DNA of 64,000 nt, taken from assembly GCA_963665095.1 (NCBI GenBank), contig OY762069.1:352001-416000 (forward strand), given 5' to 3'. How positions within the stretch are numbered: position 1 is the stretch's first letter; every line of letters starts with the position of its first letter. Made by a program: the position numbers and the translations under genes. Below, in pieces: positions 55,613 through 64,000 of this stretch. Source of the stretch: an uncultured Desulfobacter sp. (lineage in GTDB: Bacteria; Desulfobacterota; Desulfobacteria; Desulfobacterales; Desulfobacteraceae). The notes under the pieces are model-generated. The model was given only the letters and a program-made list of their open reading frames with translations, was not told where the DNA came from and searched no databases.

Positions 55613-57889
55613 ATGTTTGCCTCTGTCATTGATTCCATCGGCAATACCCCCCTTGTAAAAATCCAGACGATCAATCCGGAACCCGGTGTCACCATCCTGG
55701 CCAAACTTGAGTATATGAATCCGGGCGGTTCGATTAAAGACCGTGCGGCATTGTATATGATCAAGCAGGCGGAAGCCGATGGTGAGCTGACGCCGGAAAA
55801 AACCGTTATTGAAGCCACCTCCGGCAATACCGGTATCGGTCTTGCCCTGATCTGTGCGGTCAAGGGATATAAGCTGGCCCTGGCCATGGCGGAAAACGCC
55901 AGTGAAGAGCGTAAGAAAATTCTTAAGGCCCGGGGGGCAAAGATCATCCTCACCCCCAGACACCTGGGTTCGGACGGGGCCATTGAAGAGGCCTACCGGC
56001 TTGCCAGGGAATACCCGGATAAATATTTCCTACCGGATCAGTACAATAACCCGGCCAACTGGAAAGCCCACTACCATACCACCGGCCCTGAGATCATGGC
56101 CCAGACCGAAGGGAATGTGGATGCCGTGGTGGCCACTGTGGGTACTTCAGGCACGCTGATGGGGCTTTGCCGATATTTTAAGGACCAGGGACATCATGCC
56201 CGGGTGATCTGTGCCGAGCCATATCTCGGGCACGGTATTCAGGGCCTTAAAAATATGAAGGAATCCTATACCCCGGAAATTTTTGATAAAAGCCTTCTGG
56301 GTGACAGTGTTCACATAGATGATGCCACAGCCTTTGAAACCGCACGGCTTTTGGCCAAAAAAGAGGGCCTGTTTGTGGGCATGAGTTCCGGCGCTGCCAT
56401 GGCAGTGGCCCTTGACCAGGCCAAGCGTCTTCAAAAAGGCATCATTGTGGTTATTTTTCCCGATTCTGGTGAGCGGTATCTTTCCACAGACCTTTTCAGC
56501 GTAAAAAAGACCGTGAACCTGAATGTCTACAATTCGTTGTCCCAGAAAAAAGAGGCGTTTACGCCCAAGGGGGACAAGGATGTGGGTATCTATACCTGCG
56601 GGCCCACAGTTCACCGGCGGCTTGATATCGGCCATTTCCGGCGCCATGCGTTTACGGATCTGTTGATTCGAAGTCTTGAGTACCAGGATGTAAAGGTCAA
56701 ACATATTGTCAATATCACGGACTATGACGATAAGACCATTGACGGGGCAAGGGAGGCAGGTATCAGTCCCGGGGCCTTTACCCAGCCCTTCATCGACGCG
56801 TTCCTGGCAGATCTGGCACGGCTTGGCATGCGTCCCGCCCAGGCCTATGCCAAAGTATCTGATCATTTTACTGAAATGACCGATCTTACAAGAACGCTTC
56901 TGGCCAGGGGTCATGCCTATGAAAAGCTGCATTCGGTTTATTTTGACCTGGCAAGTTTAAGTGATTACGGCCGGCTCTCCCGGGTGGATGTCAATAAGAT
57001 CCGCATCGGAGCCACAGTGGATCTGGATGAATATGAAAAACAGAACCCAAGGGATTTTACCCTGCTCAAACGGGTAAAGCTGTCCGAGCTGAAACAGGGG
57101 GTGGGCATTAAGACGGAGTGGGGAAATGTGCGGCCCTCCCTTCACCTGCAGTGCGCTGCCATTGCTACGGCGTTTCTGGGTGCGCAGTTTGATATCCACA
57201 CCGGTTCCAGGGAGCTGATGTTTCCCCACCATGAGAACGAGATTGCCATTGCCAGAGCTGCAGGCGGCTCCTTTGCCAGGGTGTGGATGCACTGTGCGCC
57301 GGTGTATTATGACGGGTCTCTGGATGCAGAAACCCTTGAGGATTTAACCCTTGACCGTATGGCTCAGATGGGTTGGGATGAGAAAACCATCCGCTTCTGG
57401 CTCTTGTCCGCCCATTACAGAAAAACACTGATCCTGTCAAAAAAGAGCCTGGATGATGCCGGAACTGTACTTGCCCGGATCAACCGGTGTATAGAGTCCC
57501 TTGATGCGGCATCCGGACACTCCAGTGAAGAGGATATTCAGCAGATTACCTATGATATCCGCCAGGGTATGGTGTCGGCCATGGCAGATGATTTGAAAGT
57601 GCCGGTTCTGGTATCAGGCCTTTTATCCTGTGTAAAGCGGATCAACCGCCTGATCAGTGCAGGGGACCTTGGGCCGGCAGGTGCCGGGCGTCTGCGTGAC
57701 TGCTTCAGGGATGTGGATACAGTGCTCAATGTGTTTGATTTCAGTCAAAAGAAAGCGTATTCCGATCAGGCTGCTGCACTCATTGCCCAGCGGGAAGCGG
57801 CCCGGCAGAAAAAAGATTTTGAGACAGCGGACAGAATCCGGAAACAGCTGGATGAGATGGGCATTCCGGTTCATGATAAAAAGGTGTGA
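55613..57889 (+). CDS. Cysteine synthase (CysK/CysM) fused to a cysteinyl-tRNA synthetase-like domain
   Basis: Aa 1-~300: IGNTPLV, NPGGSIKDR (PLP Lys), EATSGNTG, GTSGT, DSGERYLST. Aa ~303-758: YNSLS, YTCGPTV, NITDYDDK, VYFD, DF, HLQC, DIH...FPHHENE, AR..KDF..ADRIR. Confidence 0.93.
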   Translation: MFASVIDSIGNTPLVKIQTINPEPGVTILAKLEYMNPGGSIKDRAALYMIKQAEADGELTPEKTVIEATSGNTGIGLALICAVKGYKLALAMAENASEERKKILKARGAKIILTPRHLGSDGAIEEAYRLAREYPDKYFLPDQYNNPANWKAHYHTTGPEIMAQTEGNVDAVVATVGTSGTLMGLCRYFKDQGHHARVICAEPYLGHGIQGLKNMKESYTPEIFDKSLLGDSVHIDDATAFETARLLAKKEGLFVGMSSGAAMAVALDQAKRLQKGIIVVIFPDSGERYLSTDLFSVKKTVNLNVYNSLSQKKEAFTPKGDKDVGIYTCGPTVHRRLDIGHFRRHAFTDLLIRSLEYQDVKVKHIVNITDYDDKTIDGAREAGISPGAFTQPFIDAFLADLARLGMRPAQAYAKVSDHFTEMTDLTRTLLARGHAYEKLHSVYFDLASLSDYGRLSRVDVNKIRIGATVDLDEYEKQNPRDFTLLKRVKLSELKQGVGIKTEWGNVRPSLHLQCAAIATAFLGAQFDIHTGSRELMFPHHENEIAIARAAGGSFARVWMHCAPVYYDGSLDAETLEDLTLDRMAQMGWDEKTIRFWLLSAHYRKTLILSKKSLDDAGTVLARINRCIESLDAASGHSSEEDIQQITYDIRQGMVSAMADDLKVPVLVSGLLSCVKRINRLISAGDLGPAGAGRLRDCFRDVDTVLNVFDFSQKKAYSDQAAALIAQREAARQKKDFETADRIRKQLDEMGIPVHDKKV

Positions 57890-57895
57890 GTTGAT

Positions 57896-58849
57896 ATGAA
57901 TAATTTATATTTTTTCCCGTTTACATTTATAAATGACCGTCAGGCACAGGCAATGACCCTGTTTTTTGACCGCTTCAGTATTCTGGATATTCATCCGGGA
58001 GCGCCTTTGCCCGGCCCCATGGCCAGCCTTGAGAATCAGGGCATTTTGTCGCGGGTGCCTGTGGACCAGGATAAGCTTTCTGTTGCAGAATTAAAGGCGC
58101 GTGACTGGCTGGACTGGGCCGCTGTAAACCGGGGCAATGAAAAAAATTTACGGGCCATGATTCGTGAGACGGCTTTTTTGACGGATGACAGTGGTGTAGC
58201 GGCCATCAAGTCCGGCATCCGTAAAGGGATTGGGGGAAGCGGCCAGAATTTTGCATCCGGGCCCACAGTGGAGCCGCCACTTGTCTTTTTAAAACTTGCG
58301 GACATCTACGATCGTGAGCATCAGGAGATTCAAAACGCCCTGGATGCCCTGGACGCTGAAAATGCTGCCCTTTTTGCCGAATTAAAAGGTGAAGCCGTTC
58401 TTGCGGCTCCCGACAGGGTTCCGGGAGATGATGATCCCGGTCGTGCCATGACGCTGAAAAGAATTCAGGCCTGGTGGTCGGTTGCCTTTGATGCAGGGCT
58501 TTTGAACCCTGATGCAACCCCGGTCTTGGTCACTGCCAGCCGTGCGGTTATGGATGAATTTTGTGCCAGTGCCGGCAAGGCGATAAATACGCTTGACATT
58601 GAATCCATAAAAGTGCATCACAATGATTGCGAGCTGACAGAACAGCGGCATCTGGAGATAAACAGAATCCTTGAGCAGATGGCAAAAGGAGTGGCCGTTG
58701 ATCCGGAAAAGGCACGTCTGGACAGTGTTGGTAACACCCCGGTCACCGGTCGGATTCAGCTTCGTTTTTTTTCCGGAGATAATGTAGCCCTAAAAGAAAA
58801 AAATCCAGGCGGACAGGTTGGTGTATGCCTGGTAGAATTAAACTCATAA
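57896..58849 (+). CDS. Hypothetical protein
   Basis: 317-aa ORF starting 6 nt after the fusion gene; no recognised motif. Confidence 0.75.
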   Translation: MNNLYFFPFTFINDRQAQAMTLFFDRFSILDIHPGAPLPGPMASLENQGILSRVPVDQDKLSVAELKARDWLDWAAVNRGNEKNLRAMIRETAFLTDDSGVAAIKSGIRKGIGGSGQNFASGPTVEPPLVFLKLADIYDREHQEIQNALDALDAENAALFAELKGEAVLAAPDRVPGDDDPGRAMTLKRIQAWWSVAFDAGLLNPDATPVLVTASRAVMDEFCASAGKAINTLDIESIKVHHNDCELTEQRHLEINRILEQMAKGVAVDPEKARLDSVGNTPVTGRIQLRFFSGDNVALKEKNPGGQVGVCLVELNS

Positions 58850-58963
58850 AAAGCTTGTTTTAGCCAAAACGATGTTGTAAAAGCGTTTTTTGAAATCAAG
58901 TTGGCATTATTAAAAAAATGAGTTTATAAGAACTGTACTATTAATTTTTAAGGAGGTTTTAAA

Positions 58964-59152
58964 ATGGCATTTACCCCAGTAGTTGATCAGTCCAAATGTG
59001 TAGGTTGCGAAGAGTGCGTTGATGTTTGCCCCGCAGAAGTATTTGAAATGGAAGACGGCAAATCCAACCCCGTTAATGCTGAAGAATGCATGGGCTGCGA
59101 AAGCTGTGTAGAAGTTTGTGAAGAAGACGCCATCACAATAGAAGAAGACTAA
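58964..59152 (+). CDS. 2[4Fe-4S] ferredoxin
   Basis: CVGCEECVDVCP and CMGCESCVEVC; acidic; strong AAGGAGG RBS. Confidence 0.95.
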   Translation: MAFTPVVDQSKCVGCEECVDVCPAEVFEMEDGKSNPVNAEECMGCESCVEVCEEDAITIEED

Positions 59153-59180
59153 AAAAGGCGCTTTTCGCATTTCAGGATAG

Positions 59181-59218
59181 TGCCGGGTTGCCCTGAATAG
59201 GGCCCCGGCATTTTTTTT
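59181..59218 (+). terminator. Intrinsic terminator after the ferredoxin gene
   Basis: TGCCGGG-tt-GCCCT-GAAT-AGGGC-CCCGGCA followed by T8. Confidence 0.8.
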
Positions 59219-59306
59219 GTCCATATCTTCATTCCCTGGTCATTATTTCTTGTCTTAAGCCAGGTCACTCCATTCCTATTATTCCACATTTAAAACACAT
59301 CAGATT

Positions 59307-60200
59307 TTATCTGCCTTTTTTACGCGTCAAGGCCCCAGACATATTGGTCAGATAAACGCCGGAAACAACCAGTGCAGCACCTGCCAGCAGCGCGTGAGTG
59401 ACCGGTTCTTTAAGGATCAGATAGGATAAGATCAGGGCCGATACAGGGACAAAATTGATAAATACTCCGGATTTTGTGGGGCCGATCTCTTTAATACCCT
59501 GATAATACCAGTAAAACCCCAGCACTGTACCAAAAAATCCCAGATAAAAAAGGCTGCCCCATTCAAAGACTCCGTAGCCGGGCAGGCTTTGAAAAAGATC
59601 CTTTGACAGGGCAGGGTAAAGCAGCATTAACGTGCCGGCAATGGATGAATAACAGACAGACACCAGTGGTGAAAATCTGCCCGTTAATAGTTTGCCAAGA
59701 AGCGAATAACAGACCCAGGAAAGGACACAACCGAAAATCGCCATCTCACCCGGTCCGATACCGGTGCTGAAAATCGTGCGGATATCCCCGCCTGTAATGA
59801 TGATCAAAGCGCCTGAGACAGACATGACCAGGCCAAAAATTTTTACTGGGGTTAACCGCTCCTTGAAAAAGAACGCTGAAAAAAGACTTATGACAATGGG
59901 GTTGATAGCAATGATCAGGGCAGCCCGGTTGGCATTGATCATGGTCAGTCCGGAAAAGAAAAACAGGTTGTAGGAAAAAATACCGGTTAATCCGGAAAAG
60001 AAAATGAGTACCCCATCCCTGCGGCTGAATCGGGGCAGGCGGCCCTCCTGTTTTAAAACCAGGAACACCAGAAAAAGGCTGGCAATGGTAAAGCGCAGAA
60101 ATGCTGCGCAAAAAGGGTGTACATTTCCGGCAAGGCCTTTTCCGGCAATAAAAGTGCCGCCCCAGAAGAAAGCGGTTAGTACAAGTTTTAAATATGTCAT
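59307..60200 (-). CDS. DMT/EamA family transporter
   Basis: FWGGTF, AFLRF, FFKERL, GPTKSGVFINFVPV, LKEP; about 10 TM segments. Confidence 0.92.
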   Translation of the reverse strand: MTYLKLVLTAFFWGGTFIAGKGLAGNVHPFCAAFLRFTIASLFLVFLVLKQEGRLPRFSRRDGVLIFFSGLTGIFSYNLFFFSGLTMINANRAALIIAINPIVISLFSAFFFKERLTPVKIFGLVMSVSGALIIITGGDIRTIFSTGIGPGEMAIFGCVLSWVCYSLLGKLLTGRFSPLVSVCYSSIAGTLMLLYPALSKDLFQSLPGYGVFEWGSLFYLGFFGTVLGFYWYYQGIKEIGPTKSGVFINFVPVSALILSYLILKEPVTHALLAGAALVVSGVYLTNMSGALTRKKGR

Positions 60201-60431
60201 GTCAGCCGGTGTCCTTTATATTTTGTGGTTATTTTTTCAGTTATGCGGCATTGTGAGAGGGTAGTCTGGACTCACAGGGAGGGAAAAGTCAAGGTAAAAC
60301 AGCCCCTGTAAACAGGTAGCTCAGTGGATCAACAGGAAAATGACCTGGAAAATTGAAACCATATTTACATTTTAAAAGACCTTTAATAAGGTAGAGGTGA
60401 CTCTGAACAAATTGGCCTAAAAGATGATTTC

Positions 60432-62246
60432 ATGAATTTTGACATTGACAGGCATTTTAATTCACAGGCTGTTTGCCGGGCTTTGGTAGCCGCAGGCCTG
60501 CTCACTACTGAAAAAGCACGGGATGTGCTGGTCTGTGAGTCGGAGATCCGGCAGCGCGTGGCTGCGGGTACAGGCACCAGGAAAAACAGGTCAGGCAACA
60601 ATAATGCCGCCTCTCAGATATCATTTATTGATGTACTGCTTTATCTGAATCTGCACCGCTTTGACTCCCCGGATGAAGTGATTGATGAAGACCTGATTTT
60701 TAAAGCCCTGGCTGCATCCTGGAATCTACCCTACAAAAAAATCGATCCCCTTCAGCTGGAACTGAACCTTGTCACCGGCACCATTTCACGCTCATTTGCC
60801 CTGCGTCATCTTCTTTTACCGCTGCAGATGGCCGCGGGCAAGCTTGTGGTGGCCACACCCAATCCGTTTAATCACGAAGCCATTGCCGATGTGGAACGGG
60901 TGGCCAGTCTGAGGGTGACACCCATTGTCAGCTCAAGAACCGATGTGGCAAGACTGATCAGGGAGTTTTTTGGATTTCATCACTCCATCAGCGCGGCAGA
61001 AGACCTGTTTGCCAAAAAAGGGGTGGACATCGGGAATCTGGAGCGGTTTGTCAGTCTGTCGGAGGACCTGCCATCCACGGACCAGCACATTGTCAATGCC
61101 GTCAACCACCTGTTCTCCTATGCCTTTGACCAGAAAGCCAGCGATATCCACATTGAGCCCAAACGGGAGGTCTGTCTGGTGCGCATGCGCATAGACGGGG
61201 CACTTCACACAGTGTACAAGCTGCCCAAAAAGCTTCACAATGCCGTGGTCAGCCGGATTAAAAATTTATCTGCCCTGGATATGGCTGAAAAAAGGCGGCC
61301 CCAGGACGGACGTATTAAAATGGCCAAAGCGGATCAGGAGGTGGAGATCCGGGTCTCCACCATTCCTGTGGCATTTGGTGAAAAAGTGGTGATGCGGGTC
61401 ATGGATCCTGAGATTCTTTTTCAGGATCTTGAAATGCTGGGGTTTTCGCAAAGTGATTTTAAAAAATACAAAAAGCTGATTACCAGGCCCTTTGGCATTG
61501 TGCTGGTGACTGGCCCCACAGGGTCTGGAAAGTCCACCACGCTTTATTCCTCCCTGCGCATGCTGTCATCTCCCGAGGTGAACATTACCACCATTGAAGA
61601 TCCCATTGAGATGATTCATGAGGAGTTTAACCAGATCGGGGTCCAGCCGGCCATTGACGTGACCTTTGGTTCGGTGCTGAAAAACATCATGCGCCAGGAT
61701 CCGGATATCATCATGGTGGGTGAAATCCGTGATATAGAAACCGCCCAGGCCGCTGTTCAGGCCGCTCTCACCGGCCACCTGGTTCTCTCTTCCCTGCATA
61801 CCAACGATGCCGTGGCAACGGTATTCCGGCTTCTGGATTTAGGGATTCCACCCTACCTCATCCATGCATCCCTTGCCGGAGTAGCTGCCCAGCGCCTGGT
61901 GCGAAAGATCTGTCCCTATTGCGCCCAGCCCTTTGAGATGGACCGTCGGGAGCTGGAAGAACTGGAACTGTCTGTGCCGGGCAAAGGACCCTTGAAACTG
62001 CGCTACGGCAAAGGATGTGCCAAATGCAGGAATACCGGCTACAGCGGTCGAATCGGGATTTATGAAATTCTTACATACACCAATGGGCTGAAACAACTGA
62101 CCACCCGTGACACAGACATTGGCGAGATGCGCAAAAAAGCCGCATCCCAGGGCCTTGTCTCCCTGCGCGAGAACGGCATTGCAAAAATGCTCAAGGGCCA
62201 GACCACCTACCAGGAAATTTTAAGAGTCACCTGTGAGCAGGAGTAG
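60432..62246 (+). CDS. GspE/PilB family secretion ATPase
   Basis: ASDIHIEP, RMRIDG, EKRRPQDGR, TGPTGSGKSTTLY, TIEDPIE, RQDPDIIMVGEIRD, TGHLVLSSLH, CPYC...CAKC. Confidence 0.95.
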   Translation: MNFDIDRHFNSQAVCRALVAAGLLTTEKARDVLVCESEIRQRVAAGTGTRKNRSGNNNAASQISFIDVLLYLNLHRFDSPDEVIDEDLIFKALAASWNLPYKKIDPLQLELNLVTGTISRSFALRHLLLPLQMAAGKLVVATPNPFNHEAIADVERVASLRVTPIVSSRTDVARLIREFFGFHHSISAAEDLFAKKGVDIGNLERFVSLSEDLPSTDQHIVNAVNHLFSYAFDQKASDIHIEPKREVCLVRMRIDGALHTVYKLPKKLHNAVVSRIKNLSALDMAEKRRPQDGRIKMAKADQEVEIRVSTIPVAFGEKVVMRVMDPEILFQDLEMLGFSQSDFKKYKKLITRPFGIVLVTGPTGSGKSTTLYSSLRMLSSPEVNITTIEDPIEMIHEEFNQIGVQPAIDVTFGSVLKNIMRQDPDIIMVGEIRDIETAQAAVQAALTGHLVLSSLHTNDAVATVFRLLDLGIPPYLIHASLAGVAAQRLVRKICPYCAQPFEMDRRELEELELSVPGKGPLKLRYGKGCAKCRNTGYSGRIGIYEILTYTNGLKQLTTRDTDIGEMRKKAASQGLVSLRENGIAKMLKGQTTYQEILRVTCEQE

Positions 62247-62296
62247 ATTATCCAGTACTCACTTGACTGTTGGAATTTCCGGCAACGGATGGTCAT

Positions 62297-63280
62297 TTAT
62301 TTATTCATTGTCTCCAGAACAGCAGCAACAACATTTTCCGGGCCTGGTTTAAAAATTTTTTCATGGCTGGATGCCACCGGCACCGGAATGTTGGGAGCGC
62401 CAACTCGTTTGACAGGACCTTTCAAATCGTAGAAAGCCTCCTCTGCCGCCATGGCAGCCAATTCCGCCCCAAAACCGCAAAAACGGCTGGCCTCATGTAC
62501 CACCACCAGGCGACCGGTTTTGCGAACCGATTCCAGAATACAGGTTTTGTCCAGAGGCACCAGAGACCGCAGGTCGATCACCTCACAGGATATCCCTTTC
62601 TCAGTTAAGGATTCCATCGCTTTCATGGCCGTATAAAGGGCCATGCCATAGGCCACCACGGTGCAGTCAGTACCCGCCGCAGCCACTCGGGCCTTACCCA
62701 GGGGCACACGGACGTCTCCATCCGGCACCTCTCCTTTCATCCTGTAAAGCATCATATCTTCCACCACAATGACCGGGTCCGGGTCAAAGATCGCACTGAG
62801 AAGGAGTCCTTTGGCATCTTCTGCTGTTGCCGGCCAGACAATTTTCAGGCCCGGACTGTGGGCAATCCACGCTTCTAAATTGTGAGAGTGCTGACTGCCG
62901 GCACCGAACCCGACACCGGCCTTGACCCTTACGGTCATTGGAAAGCTGGATTTGCCACCGCTCATATAGCGCAATTTTCCGGCGTGGTTGATCAGCATGT
63001 CACTGGCCAGAGTTATGAATGGGAAAAACATGATCTCCACAACCGGCCGCAGCCCCATACAGGAAGATCCCACAGCGAGCCCGGCGATGGCCGCCTCACT
63101 GACAGGGGTGTCTTTTACCCGGCGTGGTCCAAATTTATCCAGAAGACCGTAGGTTGGCATATTGGGGTCGAGGTGGATGGATACGCCGACCCCTTCACCG
63201 GCGATAAATACGGCGTCATCCATATCCATGGCAGTACAGAGCGCTTGGTTGATTGCATTTCCAAAAGTTTTCCGGCTCAT
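62297..63280 (-). CDS. 2-oxoacid/acetoin dehydrogenase E1 beta subunit
   Basis: DTPVSEAAIAG, GLRPVVEIMF, QHS, PGLKIV, DAKGLL, EVIDLRSLVPLD, TGRLVVVHE; ATG 63280 after AAAGGAG. Confidence 0.93.
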   Translation of the reverse strand: MSRKTFGNAINQALCTAMDMDDAVFIAGEGVGVSIHLDPNMPTYGLLDKFGPRRVKDTPVSEAAIAGLAVGSSCMGLRPVVEIMFFPFITLASDMLINHAGKLRYMSGGKSSFPMTVRVKAGVGFGAGSQHSHNLEAWIAHSPGLKIVWPATAEDAKGLLLSAIFDPDPVIVVEDMMLYRMKGEVPDGDVRVPLGKARVAAAGTDCTVVAYGMALYTAMKAMESLTEKGISCEVIDLRSLVPLDKTCILESVRKTGRLVVVHEASRFCGFGAELAAMAAEEAFYDLKGPVKRVGAPNIPVPVASSHEKIFKPGPENVVAAVLETMNK

Positions 63281-63293
63281 GGTGTGACTCCTT

Positions 63294-64000
63294 TCAAACG
63301 TTGAACGGTTTGACAAATACATCTGTCAAGATGGTGTCCGGTTCAGGAAACGGGCTGGCATCTCCAAAGGCCACAGCCGCCTCCACGCATGCTTCGGCAT
63401 TCTGTTCAATGGTTTTAATTTGGGCTTCATCCAGAATACCTGCGCTGAGGAGCGCCTGGCGATATCTTATTATGGGGCACTTGAGAGCCCAGACCTTCAG
63501 TTCTTCCGGATCCACATAATGCTGGTGGTCCTGCTCTCCATGTCCGCGCATCCGGTAGGTCCGGGTTTCCATAAAAGCGGGTCCCTTTCCCGAGCGGCAG
63601 TGTTCGAGCAGTTTAAGACTGTGCTGGTAGACCGCTTCTACATCATTGCCGTCCACACTTAGGCCGGGCATGCCATAGCCTTCGGCCCGTTTGTGGAGAT
63701 GACGCGCAGCGGAATGCTCCTCAGGTCGCTGGGCACCGGCCCATCCGTTGTTTTCGCAGATGAACAGAACCGGCAGCTTCCAAACGCCGGACAAATTCAT
63801 TGCTTCATGCACACTGCCTTCAGCGGCGGCACCGTCGCCAAAAAAAACCACCGTTACGCCCTTCAGTGCTTGATATTGCTGTGCAAAGGCAGACCCAACG
63901 GCCAGAGGCGGTCCTGCACCAACCACCGTAGAGGTCATCAGGGCATTGATTTCAGGCACAGCCAGATGCAGGGTACCGGCCTTGCCATGGTTGACGCCGT
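63294..64000 (-). CDS. 2-oxoacid/acetoin dehydrogenase E1 alpha subunit; 5' part outside the window
   Basis: TPP motif FFGDGA...HEAMN...FICENN, VDGND, TYRMRGH; frame open to the window end (GVNHGKAGTLH). Confidence 0.92.
   Translation of the reverse strand, partial: GVNHGKAGTLHLAVPEINALMTSTVVGAGPPLAVGSAFAQQYQALKGVTVVFFGDGAAAEGSVHEAMNLSGVWKLPVLFICENNGWAGAQRPEEHSAARHLHKRAEGYGMPGLSVDGNDVEAVYQHSLKLLEHCRSGKGPAFMETRTYRMRGHGEQDHQHYVDPEELKVWALKCPIIRYRQALLSAGILDEAQIKTIEQNAEACVEAAVAFGDASPFPEPDTILTDVFVKPFNV

Noticed and set aside
60313..60360. GGTAGCTCAGTGG resembling a tRNA D-arm
   Set aside because: No T-loop (GTTCRA), anticodon stem or acceptor stem follows.
1557..63662. Many long antisense or alternate-frame ORFs (e.g. 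15899-16609, 25607-26398, 38880-39650, 41903-42637, 56147-56932)
   Set aside because: They lie within well-supported genes, as expected from codon bias, and have no motifs of their own.

Overview
Bacterial chromosomal window. Gene content and style (monomeric IDH, DUF362 Fe-S protein, sigma-54 systems, PEP-CTERM protein, split purH) suggest a sulfate-reducing deltaproteobacterium of the Desulfobacteraceae type; this is an inference, as no marker gene is present. From left to right: a divergent GlpX-like gene running off the left edge and missed by the ORF track; RecD2; IHF; a CoA-transferase; a Cache-domain MCP divergent from a chemotaxis operon (soluble MCP-like, STAS, cheY-A-W-R-B-D); a TonB receptor/YfiR/hybrid kinase triad; an AT-rich, rearranged accessory patch at about 22.0-25.4 kb (long hairpin elements, a PEP-CTERM gene split by a decayed IS4 fragment, a 77-bp tandem duplication, parDE); J-domain and DUF362 genes; a kinase/lipoprotein/sigma-54 regulator operon next to two divergent sigma-54 promoters; a cstA/membrane protein/small protein/ArsA-like operon; split purH; icd; an MFS transporter; a long minus-strand block (lptD, NusG paralogue, ihf, holB, PSP1/ricT, metG, PBP, 1238-aa glmS); a cysteine synthase fused to a degenerate CysRS; ferredoxin; a DMT transporter; a GspE/PilB ATPase; and 2-oxoacid/acetoin dehydrogenase E1 beta and alpha (partial). 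No rRNA, tRNA or CRISPR array was seen. The best leads are the CysK-pseudoCysRS fusion, the double-length GlmS with an internal catalytic Cys, a 124-bp palindromic element whose two copies covary, the CstA-ArsA module and the divergent sigma-54 unit. All calls come from motif recognition by eye; no database search was run.
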